Assembly: GCA_015233195.1 (NCBI GenBank)
Contig: JADFYE010000004.1
Coordinates: forward strand, 2,411-66,410
Reading direction: 5' to 3'
From: Candidatus Omnitrophota bacterium
GTDB lineage: Bacteria; Omnitrophota; Gorgyraeia; Zapsychrales; Zapsychraceae
DNA length: 64,000 bases
Part shown: in pieces, positions 52,292 through 61,735 of the stretch
Position numbering within the stretch: position 1 is the first letter of the stretch
How the letters are laid out: each line of letters starts with the position of its first letter
Made by a program: the position numbers and the translations under genes
Notes under the pieces: model-generated
What the model was told of the DNA's origin: nothing
The model's database searches: none
The model's input: only the letters and a program-made list of their open reading frames with translations

Positions 52292-54136
52292 ATGAAAAAG
52301 AAAACGTATTTTATCTGGGATCGTGATAAATGGCATTATCTGGCTATGTTTTTTTGGGCTTGGTTAAGACGGGAACAACTGGTTCTGGTCGAGCATGAAA
52401 CACCTGGGCAGGTTTTGAGAATTGTGGAACAATTTAAGTTCCTGAAAAAATATTTAGCGGAAAATGTCTCGCGGTTAGAAGGTTTTGTAGGCAATACCAA
52501 GGGATTATATTATCAGGTGACAGAAGAAGCGGTACGATTGACTGAAATTTTTTATAGCCGGGAATTTAAAAATGATTTTTTATCGTTACGGTACCGTTCA
52601 TTTTATAAAAGCGATAAGATTGACGCGTATTTGAAAAAAAGTATTTCTGATCAAATGTTTTCATTATTGATGGGGTTTCATGCTTGCAGATTACGCGGGA
52701 TTAATGATGGTAAGGTTGCGGTTTCTTCTTCGATGATTTCAAAAGAAGTTGCGGCGTATTTTAAGAGGGAATATAAGTTTGATCCGGATTTGAAATTTAT
52801 TAAACATCACGTGTCATTTTTCCGGTTTGTTGGGTATGGTTTTTGGATGTGTAAAGAGATTTTCCGCCGTGGATTTGTTTATAGAAAGAGGCTAAAACAT
52901 TATTATGCGGTTCGTCCGGCAACATTCGGTTTATCCCGGAGGATATTACGGGATGATTTTTTGGTAGACGGGAAAAACATAAAAAAAACTGATATTTTAT
53001 TCGTGGGGCATAATTTAGAGGATAAAATGAGACAAAATGCTTTTCAGTCAGAGAAGGAACATGGTTACGATTGTCTCGATTTGGAACAGATCCCTTTGAA
53101 TTTGTATAGACCGCGATGGATGGCGCATGTGTTTTTACCGATTTTATTATTGGGAAACACATTAAGATCTCGGGGGAATTTAGGTTTTTCTTGTTTTTTG
53201 AGTTTTCATTCAGAAGCGTTGGTCGCGGAAATTCTTATAAATTTTTGCAGGTTTGATTTTTTTATATCAGACCGTGAATGGGGAGATGTCGCGCGTACAG
53301 TTATATTTAACCGCTATGGGGCCAGGACGGTTCTGGTTCAGTGGAGTGATCAAACGTCTTACAAAATACTAACGCATCAATTTCCTGCACATAATATTTT
53401 TTTATTGTGGGGTGATGAGCATAAGATGCAAATGGATCATTCTTATGTGGATGAAGTTTTTAGCGTGGGGTGTATTTATAAAACCGAGAGGGCTGTACCG
53501 GTTAGCGCGCAAGAATTGACGAGAAAATATAATAATTTTGACGTGAACAAGAAGACGGTGATGTTTTTTGATACTTCTTTCGGAGCGTATGAACAATATA
53601 CGCCGGTATTTTATTTGGAGTATCTATCGTTGGTCAGTAAATTTTGCGTTGGTCATCCGGGTTTGAATGTGATTTTAAAAGCAAAGAATGTGAGCGGTGA
53701 TCAGGAATTGTTTTGCGGAACCGAGATATCACAATATCGGACACAGATGGAGCAGTTAAAAATGTTTTCAAATTTTATATTTATGGAAAGCCGGGATTTT
53801 GATTTCGAGGATCTGCTGTTATTTCCTGAGGTAGCCGTTAGTATGGGTATGAACAGTCCATCTACGATTTTTTTGATCTGCGGCGGGAATGGTTTGTATT
53901 ATGATTCAACCGGCAATGACCGTCATCCTTTCAGCCGGAAGTACCAGGATCAGATCGTGTTTTCAGCAAAAGAAAAACTTTTTTCCCAAATTGATAATAT
54001 ATTGGCAGGCAGGGTATCTTGTGCTGATATCGTGCAAGAAAAAGATTTGGAAGGGTACGATGCGTTTCGGGATAACAGCGCTAATGAGCGTATCCGTCAA
54101 TATTTGTTAACAAAAAAAGGGGCAGCATGGAATTAA
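52292..54136 (+). CDS. Large orphan transferase-like protein 2
   Basis: 614 aa. C-terminal half 'VMFFDTSFGAYEQ...LKAKNVSGDQ...MNSPSTIFLICGGNGLYYD' suggests a GT-B/capsule-synthesis-like fold. No secure family call. Confidence 0.35.
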   Translation: MKKKTYFIWDRDKWHYLAMFFWAWLRREQLVLVEHETPGQVLRIVEQFKFLKKYLAENVSRLEGFVGNTKGLYYQVTEEAVRLTEIFYSREFKNDFLSLRYRSFYKSDKIDAYLKKSISDQMFSLLMGFHACRLRGINDGKVAVSSSMISKEVAAYFKREYKFDPDLKFIKHHVSFFRFVGYGFWMCKEIFRRGFVYRKRLKHYYAVRPATFGLSRRILRDDFLVDGKNIKKTDILFVGHNLEDKMRQNAFQSEKEHGYDCLDLEQIPLNLYRPRWMAHVFLPILLLGNTLRSRGNLGFSCFLSFHSEALVAEILINFCRFDFFISDREWGDVARTVIFNRYGARTVLVQWSDQTSYKILTHQFPAHNIFLLWGDEHKMQMDHSYVDEVFSVGCIYKTERAVPVSAQELTRKYNNFDVNKKTVMFFDTSFGAYEQYTPVFYLEYLSLVSKFCVGHPGLNVILKAKNVSGDQELFCGTEISQYRTQMEQLKMFSNFIFMESRDFDFEDLLLFPEVAVSMGMNSPSTIFLICGGNGLYYDSTGNDRHPFSRKYQDQIVFSAKEKLFSQIDNILAGRVSCADIVQEKDLEGYDAFRDNSANERIRQYLLTKKGAAWN

Positions 54137-55125
54137 AATCAAAAAAAGTTTTGGTTACGGGCGCGTGCGGTTTTATCGGCAGTCATTTGGTCGAGGAATT
54201 GATCGATCAGGGATGTAATGTGACTGCGTTTGTATTTTATAATGCGTTTAATTCTTGGGGATGGCTGGATTCGCTGGATGAACGCTATAAAAAAAGCATG
54301 AAAATTTTTGCAGGTGATGTACGCGATCCTAATGGCGTGCGTACTGCCATGAAAGATCAGGATTTTGTATTTCATTTGGCTGCATTGATTGGGATTCCTT
54401 TTTCATATCATTCGCCGGATTCTTATGTGGATACAAATGTTAAGGGAACATTGAATGTGCTGCAAGCTGCACGGGATTTGAAAACTAAACGAGTATTGGT
54501 TACGTCTACTTCGGAAGTTTACGGAACAGCGCAATATGTGCCCATTACGGAACAGCATCCGCGCCAGCCTCAATCACCTTATTCAGCGACCAAGATTGCG
54601 GCTGATGCATTGGCAGAGTCTTTTATTCGAAGTTTTGATCTTCCAGTCACGATTGTCCGACCGTTTAATACATTTGGTCCGAGGCAGTCGTTACGTGCGG
54701 TTATACCAATCATCATTGGGCAGATTTTATCAGGTCAGAAAACAATTCATATGGGGTCATTGCATCCTACCCGCGATTTTGTTTATGTGAAAGACACAGT
54801 TAAAGGTTTTGTGCGTATTTGTTCTTCCGATAAGACCATTGGTGAGGATATTAATATTGCGACAAATTCAGAAATATCGATTGGTGACCTTGCGCGTTCC
54901 ATTGCAGTCCAATTAAAAAAATCAGTTGAGATTGTTCAAGACGATGAGAGGATCAGACCAAAAGAAAGTGAAGTCGAACGTTTGTGCGGAGATAATGAGA
55001 AGCTTCGGAAGTTGACTGGCTGGGTGCCGGAAATTTCTTTTGAGGTCGGGTTGAAAAAAACTATTGAGTGGTTTTTAGCCAATGAAGGATCCATTCGTTC
55101 AAAAGCAGGGATTTATAATATTTAA
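54127..55125 (+). CDS. NAD-dependent nucleotide-sugar 4,6-dehydratase/epimerase (extended SDR)
   Basis: 'VLVTGACGFIGSHLVEELI' and catalytic 'SPYSATKIAAD' (YxxxK). 332 aa. Confidence 0.85.
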   Translation: MELKSKKVLVTGACGFIGSHLVEELIDQGCNVTAFVFYNAFNSWGWLDSLDERYKKSMKIFAGDVRDPNGVRTAMKDQDFVFHLAALIGIPFSYHSPDSYVDTNVKGTLNVLQAARDLKTKRVLVTSTSEVYGTAQYVPITEQHPRQPQSPYSATKIAADALAESFIRSFDLPVTIVRPFNTFGPRQSLRAVIPIIIGQILSGQKTIHMGSLHPTRDFVYVKDTVKGFVRICSSDKTIGEDINIATNSEISIGDLARSIAVQLKKSVEIVQDDERIRPKESEVERLCGDNEKLRKLTGWVPEISFEVGLKKTIEWFLANEGSIRSKAGIYNI

Positions 55126-55126
55126 T

Positions 55127-56215
55127 ATGATCTTATTAGACGCTCCTAATTTGGGAAGTTTGGAAAAAGAATACGCGGGTAAAGCCATTGATGCCGGGTT
55201 TATATCGACGTTTGGTCCGTTTGTGCCTGAATTTGAGAAGAAGTTTGCTGCTTTTATCGGGGCGGATGCAGCCGTATCATTACAGAGTGGAACAGCCGCG
55301 TTACATATGGCTTTGCATCAATTAGGGATTGGACCAGGTGATGAAGTTATTATTCCTGCTTTGACGTTTGTGGGATCTGTCAATCCAGTGATGTATACCG
55401 GCGCTGTTCCTGTTTTCGTCGATGTTGAGGAGTCAACATGGTGTCTGGATCCTGCAGCAGTTGAACGGGCAATAACTTCTAAAACCAAGGCGATAATTGC
55501 AGTTCATTTGTATGGGAATGTTTGCGCTATGACAGCTTTGATGAATATTGCAAAGCGGCATAATATTCATGTGATTGAAGACGCGACGGAAAGTTTGGGA
55601 GCTGTTTATAACGGGAAAGCAACCGGTTTATATGGAACATTCGGATGTTTTAGTTTTAACGGAAATAAATTGATTACAACCGGCGGCGGAGGGATGTTGG
55701 TCTCATCGGATTCAGATCGACTTGAACCTGTTCGTAGGCTTATTAATCAGGGCAAGGATAAGACTCGGGAAGGATTTTTTTCAGATGTTGGGTTTAATTA
55801 TAGGATGACAAATCTTGAAGCGTCCGTGGGATTAGCGCAGATGCAGAGGATTGATGATTTTTTAAGACAAAAACGCAAGTATCATGTGATTTATCGAGAA
55901 GAATTAAGTAATTTTAAACGGGTGATATTCCCTCAAGAGCCTGAGGGTGGATCAGGTTCCTGGTGGTTAACACCGGTTCGGATTATGGGTGAGAATATGG
56001 ATATATTGCGTCAACGATTGGTGGACCTCGGCGTGCAAACTCGGAGGGTGTTCCGTCCTTTGACGGATTTTCCGCCATTTGCACCTTTTAGTTCTGCTGA
56101 GTATAAGAATGCACGTTTGATTTATGAGCAGGGGTTATGTTTACCAGGTTCAACCTTGAATTCTAAAGAGGATATCAGGGAAGCTTGCCGAATTATTAAG
56201 AACGAGTTGAGTTGA
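55127..56215 (+). CDS. DegT-family aminotransferase (LegC/PglE-like)
   Basis: 'MILLDAPNLG', 'SGTAALHMAL', 'EDATESLGA' and the PLP-lysine region 'FSFNGNKLITTGGGGMLV'. ATG 55127 (2 nt after the previous stop) is preferred to ATG 55082. Confidence 0.85.
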   Translation: MILLDAPNLGSLEKEYAGKAIDAGFISTFGPFVPEFEKKFAAFIGADAAVSLQSGTAALHMALHQLGIGPGDEVIIPALTFVGSVNPVMYTGAVPVFVDVEESTWCLDPAAVERAITSKTKAIIAVHLYGNVCAMTALMNIAKRHNIHVIEDATESLGAVYNGKATGLYGTFGCFSFNGNKLITTGGGGMLVSSDSDRLEPVRRLINQGKDKTREGFFSDVGFNYRMTNLEASVGLAQMQRIDDFLRQKRKYHVIYREELSNFKRVIFPQEPEGGSGSWWLTPVRIMGENMDILRQRLVDLGVQTRRVFRPLTDFPPFAPFSSAEYKNARLIYEQGLCLPGSTLNSKEDIREACRIIKNELS

Positions 56216-56228
56216 TAAGGAAGGGTTT

Positions 56229-57302
56229 ATGGGAATAACAAATTTCAGAGATTTAGTTTTGCGGTCTGATGCGACGGTCAAGTCAGCAATGAAGCAAATG
56301 AGTGATGCGGGAGAAAAAAATTTATACGTAGAGAATTTATCCGGAAAGATATTAGGCTCAATTTCAGACGGAGACATCCGGCGGTGGGTTTTAAAAGGAG
56401 GTAAGTTGTCGGATCAGATTCAAAAAGTTTTTAATAAGAATTTTATTCGGGTGTCTTCAAGTTACAGCCTGGAAAATGTGAAGCAATTAATGCTAAGTCA
56501 CCGGATCAGTTCGATTCCGGTTATTAATCAAAAGCAGAAATTAGAAAATGTTTTGTTGTGGGATGAAATTTTTAAAGGGACGCAGGAACCGAAATATAAG
56601 TCGTTACGAGTTCCGGTTGTGATTATGGCAGGTGGGAAAGGTACGAGATTGGATCCATTTACAAGAGTCATTCCAAAACCTTTGATCCCGGTAGGAGATA
56701 AAACGATTATTGAAACTATTATTTCTAAATTTTGTAATCAGGGCGCGCAGGAGTTTTATATTTCAATCAATCATAAGTCGCGCATGATTAAAGCGTTTTT
56801 CGAAGAAGTTGAACGGGATTATGATGTTCATTTTATTGAAGAAACTAAGCCATTAGGGACGATCGGAGCAGCCAGGCAGATCATATCAAAGGTAAAATCC
56901 GATGTTTTTGTGACGAATTGCGATGTAATTATAGACGCGAATTATTATGAAGTATGGGAATACCATAAGGCTCAGAAAAATAGTATTACGATTGTTGGGT
57001 CTTTTCGTCATTTTACGATCCCTTACGGGGTGTGTTACATGGAGAATGGCGGGCAATTATCGCGGATGGAAGAAAAACCCGAATTTGATTTTATTGTAAA
57101 TACGGGTTTTTATGTGGTGGATAAAAAAAGTTTACGGTTGATTCCTTCGGAAAAAAATTTTGATATGACGGATTTGATAAGGGCAGTTCAAGAAAATAAT
57201 GGACGGATCGGTATTTTTCCAATTGACGCAAAATCTTGGACGGATATTGGTCAATGGGATGAATATCGCAGGGTATTGGAGTTGTTTGGAAAAGGTTCAT
57301 GA
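56229..57302 (+). CDS. CBS-pair + sugar-phosphate nucleotidyltransferase (PtmE-like)
   Basis: N-terminal CBS-type region, then 'VVIMAGGKGTRLDPFTRVIPKPLIPV' (GGxGTRL). The same CBS+NTP-transferase layout is used in the GDP-linked legionaminic acid route. Confidence 0.75.
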   Translation: MGITNFRDLVLRSDATVKSAMKQMSDAGEKNLYVENLSGKILGSISDGDIRRWVLKGGKLSDQIQKVFNKNFIRVSSSYSLENVKQLMLSHRISSIPVINQKQKLENVLLWDEIFKGTQEPKYKSLRVPVVIMAGGKGTRLDPFTRVIPKPLIPVGDKTIIETIISKFCNQGAQEFYISINHKSRMIKAFFEEVERDYDVHFIEETKPLGTIGAARQIISKVKSDVFVTNCDVIIDANYYEVWEYHKAQKNSITIVGSFRHFTIPYGVCYMENGGQLSRMEEKPEFDFIVNTGFYVVDKKSLRLIPSEKNFDMTDLIRAVQENNGRIGIFPIDAKSWTDIGQWDEYRRVLELFGKGS

Positions 57303-57315
57303 AAGAGAGCAAAAT

Positions 57316-58122
57316 ATGAGAACAATTAGAGAGATGATGGATTTAAAAGGTCGCAGTGCTTTAGTGGTTGGAGGGGCAGGGCATATTGGTCAAGCAGTAT
57401 GTGAAACAATTCTGGAATTGGGCGGTCAGGTTGTGATCGCGGATCAGGATATTGAGAAGGGAAAAAATATTTGTGCAGATTTGAATAAGCGTGATTATCA
57501 AAGAAAATGTTTTTTTGAGGCTTGCGATATTAGTGATGAATTTAAAACGCGTGCTATTGTTCATGCTGCGCATAAGATCATGGGTGGATTAGATATTATG
57601 GTACATACCGCCGCATTTGTTGGAACAACGCAATATCCGGGATGGGCTGAAGATTTGGATAAACAGACGGTTGAAGCATGGGATGCAGCTTTACGTGTCA
57701 ATTTAACTTCCGCATTTATTTTAATTCAGGAAGCCCGTGCGTTTTTGATGCAGTCTCTTTCGCCATCAGTCATATTAGTTTCGTCGATTTATGGCGTGGT
57801 TGCTCCGGATATGGGATTGTATAAAGATACAGATATGAAACATCCATTGGCGTATGGTGCGTCTAAAGCTGGATTGATTCATTTGGCAAAATATTTTTCA
57901 ACTGTGCTTGCGCCCAAGATCCGGGTGAATTGTATCACTCCCGGCGGGGTATGGCGCAATCAGGATGAACGTTTTCATGAACGATATAAAGCCAAAACAC
58001 CTTTGGGTCGTATGGCAACAGAAGAAGATCTTAAGGGAGCGGTGGCTTTTTTAGTTGGTGAGTCTTCGAATTATGTAACGGGGCATAACCTTGTGGTTGA
58101 TGGTGGATGGACTAGTTGGTGA
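57316..58122 (+). CDS. Short-chain dehydrogenase/reductase
   Basis: 'ALVVGGAGHIGQA' and 'YGASKAGLIHL' (YxxxK). ATG 57316 (MRTIREMMDLKG) is preferred to the overlapping ATG 57199. Confidence 0.8.
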   Translation: MRTIREMMDLKGRSALVVGGAGHIGQAVCETILELGGQVVIADQDIEKGKNICADLNKRDYQRKCFFEACDISDEFKTRAIVHAAHKIMGGLDIMVHTAAFVGTTQYPGWAEDLDKQTVEAWDAALRVNLTSAFILIQEARAFLMQSLSPSVILVSSIYGVVAPDMGLYKDTDMKHPLAYGASKAGLIHLAKYFSTVLAPKIRVNCITPGGVWRNQDERFHERYKAKTPLGRMATEEDLKGAVAFLVGESSNYVTGHNLVVDGGWTSW

Positions 58123-58134
58123 AAGGTTGAGAAT

Positions 58135-58746
58135 ATGTGGGATCAAGTTTGGGATGAAATATTTACGGCTAATGAATGGGGAAAATATCCTCCTGAAGAG
58201 TTGATCAGATTTGTTGCCCGGAATTATTATCAAGCTCAAGATAGAAGCCAGGTCAAGTTTTTGGAAGTAGGATCAGGCACAGGTGCTAATTTATGGTATT
58301 TAGCCAGAGAAGGATTTTCTGTTACAGGTATTGACGGCAGTTCTGTAGCTTGTCAGCGTGCTCAAGAACGGCTTTCTATGGAACATCTTACAGGTGAGTT
58401 TGTGACAGGAGATATTGTTAAGCTCCCTTTTCAGGACAGGATTTTTGATTGCGTGATTGATCAGGAATGTATTTATGCTAATACCTACGCGGATAGCAAA
58501 AAGATCATTAAAGAAATATTTAGGGTTTTGAAACCAGGCGGACGGTTTTTTATGAAAACATTCATGGTGGGTACGACCGGCGGGCTCAGGCTTAATTGCG
58601 GCTTGATTCGTCTTACGTCTGAGCAGGAAATTCCAGATCTATGCGATGGTTTTATTATTGAAAGTATTGATTATTCGCTTCGTTCAGAAAAGAACCGAGC
58701 CTATGAGATAAAAGAATTGATTGTGATTGGTAGAAAACCGGAATAA
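58135..58746 (+). CDS. Class I SAM-dependent methyltransferase
   Basis: Motif I 'FLEVGSGTGANLWYLA' and 'LPFQDRIFDCVID'. 203 aa. Confidence 0.75.
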   Translation: MWDQVWDEIFTANEWGKYPPEELIRFVARNYYQAQDRSQVKFLEVGSGTGANLWYLAREGFSVTGIDGSSVACQRAQERLSMEHLTGEFVTGDIVKLPFQDRIFDCVIDQECIYANTYADSKKIIKEIFRVLKPGGRFFMKTFMVGTTGGLRLNCGLIRLTSEQEIPDLCDGFIIESIDYSLRSEKNRAYEIKELIVIGRKPE

Positions 58747-58749
58747 CAC

Positions 58750-59826
58750 ATGATACAAAATTTTTTATTTGATTCGGAACATCAACAGGATTGGCAGGCA
58801 TTTTTTAACGCGTTGCCGTCAGGATACAGGGATGTGTATTTTTCACCAGAATATTTATCTATTTATGAAAGTCCTTCGCGTGAGAAAAAATGCTTTGTGC
58901 ATAAAGATGGAGAAAAATTTTTTTATTATCCGTTTCTGGCGCAAAAAGTTCCGTTTTTGTCCGGATATAGGGATATGGTAACTCCATATGGGTATGGCGG
59001 ACCGCTGGAGATAGGCGAGGATGATGATTTTTTAATAGAGGCTTGGTCTGCTTTGAGAGATTGGCAAATACAAGAAAAAATTATTGCTGAATTAATTATT
59101 TGCCATCCTTTGCTGCCAGTTTTGGATGCGCTGCAGGTAGGATATGATGGCTGCATTTTGAAAATGTGTCAGACGGTATGGGTGGATTTGAAAAATTTTC
59201 AAGTCGAAGAGCGTCAGGAACAGTATACGCACGCAAATCGAAAAAATATTAATAAAGCGCTTAGGGCGGGATTTGATGTGTCCATTGATCGGGGAAAGTT
59301 TGATTCTAAAGATATGGTGCGTTTATATAATGCTACTATGGATGAGAATCAGGCGAAATCATTTTATTATTTTAACGACGATTATTTTTCGCAATTAAAT
59401 CATGTTCTTGGGGAACACGCGGCGCTGGCAGTGTGCCGGTATCAAGGACAGGTGGTATCTGCGATGGCGGTATTATTAGGTGATGTGTTCGCTCATTGTC
59501 ATTTATTGGGAACGGATAAAGCGTTTCGATCGTCCGGGTGCAATAATTTGCTTCATCATCAGCTTATTTTATGGGCGAAAGAGCAGGGGTTTTCAAAATT
59601 ACATATCGGCGGAGGTCGGACCAATGATCCGAATGACCCCTTGTTAAAATTCAAAGAGAATTTTTCTGCGGATAAAGCGGATCTTTTTGTGGGTGAACGG
59701 ATTCTTGCTCCGAAGATTTATCAAGAGGTGTGCAGTTTATGGGAACAATCTGGTGCGGATCAAACTTATTCAAAACGACTTTTAAAATATCAATATGGAC
59801 ATGAACATCACAAAAAGATCCTGTAA
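58750..59826 (+). CDS. FemAB/GNAT-like acyl- or aminoacyl-transferase
   Basis: 'YTHANRKNINKALRAGF', 'AMAVLLGD' and 'LHIGGG' resemble FemAB-family (peptidoglycan-bridge-type) transferases. The assignment is tentative. Confidence 0.45.
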   Translation: MIQNFLFDSEHQQDWQAFFNALPSGYRDVYFSPEYLSIYESPSREKKCFVHKDGEKFFYYPFLAQKVPFLSGYRDMVTPYGYGGPLEIGEDDDFLIEAWSALRDWQIQEKIIAELIICHPLLPVLDALQVGYDGCILKMCQTVWVDLKNFQVEERQEQYTHANRKNINKALRAGFDVSIDRGKFDSKDMVRLYNATMDENQAKSFYYFNDDYFSQLNHVLGEHAALAVCRYQGQVVSAMAVLLGDVFAHCHLLGTDKAFRSSGCNNLLHHQLILWAKEQGFSKLHIGGGRTNDPNDPLLKFKENFSADKADLFVGERILAPKIYQEVCSLWEQSGADQTYSKRLLKYQYGHEHHKKIL

Positions 59827-60724
59827 GAAGGATCAATGTTATTGGGATTGGCGTTTTTTTCTTTCTGCCCGGGAAGGATTCGGAAAAATATTGTCTCTTT
59901 CTTCTATGAAAGGCAAAACAATCTTGATGCCGGCATATATCGGGTACAGTACCCGAGAGGGTTCGGGTGTTATGGATCCAGTCAAGACCGCAGATGTGCC
60001 GTTTGAATTTTATCATCTTGACGCAGGTCTGAGGATTGATACTGTGCATTTAAAGCAATTGATCGTGCGTCATGCTGGGCAGATCCTGCTTTTAATTCAT
60101 TATTTTGGGTTTGTAGATCCACAGTATACTGAGATCATGGCTTTTGCCCGTCAGAACGGGATGGTTATTATTGAGGATTTTGCGCACGCGTTGTTTACTT
60201 TTTTAAAGTCGGATATCCGGGAATTTGATTTTGCGTTTTTTTCTATTCATAAAATGCTGCCATTTGAGAACGGCGGTATGATCCTGTCGCGAAAAGGGAT
60301 AGACGCGCCCTCTGGATCTGAGGATTTGAAGCGGGAATTTCCATTATTTGATTTTGATTATGAGGCGATTATACGAAAGCGGGTCATGAATTACGACACG
60401 ATTAAAAATTTCTTAGACGCGAGTGATATTAAAGACCGGATTATGATTTTACGACCGGAATTAGGACAAACTGTTCCACAGACCTTTCCTATTTTGACAG
60501 CGGATCGGATCGTGAGGGATCGTTTGTATTTCGGATTGAATGAACAAGGTTTTGGCGCGGTAAGTTTATATCATACATTGATCGCGGAGATTGGTATGGA
60601 ATTTAAAACGGAACGGTCTATATCCGATCGGATTTTGAATCTTCCGGTTCATCAGGATTGCAGCGAAGAACAGTTGATCCTCATGATGCAGGTGTTGAGA
60701 AAATTGATCAAGGAGCAGGTATGA
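59795..60724 (+). CDS. Short DegT-like fold-type-I PLP enzyme
   Basis: 'SAREGFGKIL', 'ILMPAYIGYS', 'IIEDFAHALF' and lysine motif 'FFSIHKMLPFENGGMIL'. 309 aa. 32-nt overlap with the upstream gene and no alternative start downstream. Confidence 0.6.
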   Translation: MDMNITKRSCKKDQCYWDWRFFLSAREGFGKILSLSSMKGKTILMPAYIGYSTREGSGVMDPVKTADVPFEFYHLDAGLRIDTVHLKQLIVRHAGQILLLIHYFGFVDPQYTEIMAFARQNGMVIIEDFAHALFTFLKSDIREFDFAFFSIHKMLPFENGGMILSRKGIDAPSGSEDLKREFPLFDFDYEAIIRKRVMNYDTIKNFLDASDIKDRIMILRPELGQTVPQTFPILTADRIVRDRLYFGLNEQGFGAVSLYHTLIAEIGMEFKTERSISDRILNLPVHQDCSEEQLILMMQVLRKLIKEQV

Positions 60725-61734
60725 AAACATCGCGGGTGTTGATCATCGCTGAAGCGGGCGTAAATCATAACGGCGACGTTGTCTTGGCAAAAAAACTCAT
60801 CGACGCGGCAGTTGAATCCGGTGCGGATATGGTGAAATTCCAGACGTTTCAGACGGAATTAAATATCAGTAAAAATGCGCCGAAGGCAGCGTATCAGATT
60901 TTTCAGGAGAATACCGAGTCCCAGTACGATATGATAAAAAAATTGGAATTATCGCAGAATGATTTTAAGGATTTATTCGAATACGCGAAGGAAAAATCAA
61001 TTCAATTTTGTTCAACTCCTGATGATCTTGCCAGCGTGGATTTTTTAGATAGTATCGGGCTCGCTGTGTTTAAGATCGGGTCAGGTGAAATCACGAATTT
61101 ACCGTTATTGCGCAGAGTTGGATCTAAAAAAAAGAATGTCATTTTATCAACCGGGCTTTCGACGATGGATGAAGTGCGGACTGCGTTAGACATTCTGATT
61201 AATGCTGGAACGGATAAAAATAATATTTGTCTGCTACATTGCACGTCAGAATATCCGGCGCCGTTGTCGAGCGTGAATTTAAAGGCCATGGTAGCGATGC
61301 GTGAGACCTTGGGGGTGCGGGTCGGATATTCGGATCATACGCTCGGTTGCGAAGCGGCTGTGGTTGCTGTGGCTTTGGGAGCCGAAGTTATTGAGAAACA
61401 TTTAACGCTTGACCGTACCATGAAAGGACCGGATCATCAGGCTTCTTGCGAACCGCAGGAGTTAAAAGAGTTGGTACGGGTGGTTCGGGGTGTTGAAGAA
61501 TGCCTGGGGTCTGGTGTCAAGCAGGCGGCTAATGTTGAATTAAAAAATATCGCAGTGATCCGCAGGAGTATTGTCGCGGCGCGACCGATCCGCAAAGGAC
61601 AGATTATCAGCGAGCAGGATATTTTGGCGAAAAGACCTGGAACAGGATTATCGCCGATGGTTTGGGATACGGTTGTGGGGACAAAAGCAGTCAAAGATTT
61701 TAATACAGACGAATTTATTGTGAAGGAATTATGA
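60721..61734 (+). CDS. neuB: Nonulosonic acid synthase with SAF domain (NeuB/LegI-like)
   Basis: 'IIAEAGVNHNGD', 'CTSEYPAP' and 'GYSDHTLG', plus a C-terminal SAF region 'IRKGQIISEQDILAKRPGTGLSP'. ATG 60721 forms an ATGA overlap with the upstream stop. Confidence 0.85.
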   Translation: MKTSRVLIIAEAGVNHNGDVVLAKKLIDAAVESGADMVKFQTFQTELNISKNAPKAAYQIFQENTESQYDMIKKLELSQNDFKDLFEYAKEKSIQFCSTPDDLASVDFLDSIGLAVFKIGSGEITNLPLLRRVGSKKKNVILSTGLSTMDEVRTALDILINAGTDKNNICLLHCTSEYPAPLSSVNLKAMVAMRETLGVRVGYSDHTLGCEAAVVAVALGAEVIEKHLTLDRTMKGPDHQASCEPQELKELVRVVRGVEECLGSGVKQAANVELKNIAVIRRSIVAARPIRKGQIISEQDILAKRPGTGLSPMVWDTVVGTKAVKDFNTDEFIVKEL

Positions 61735-61735
61735 T

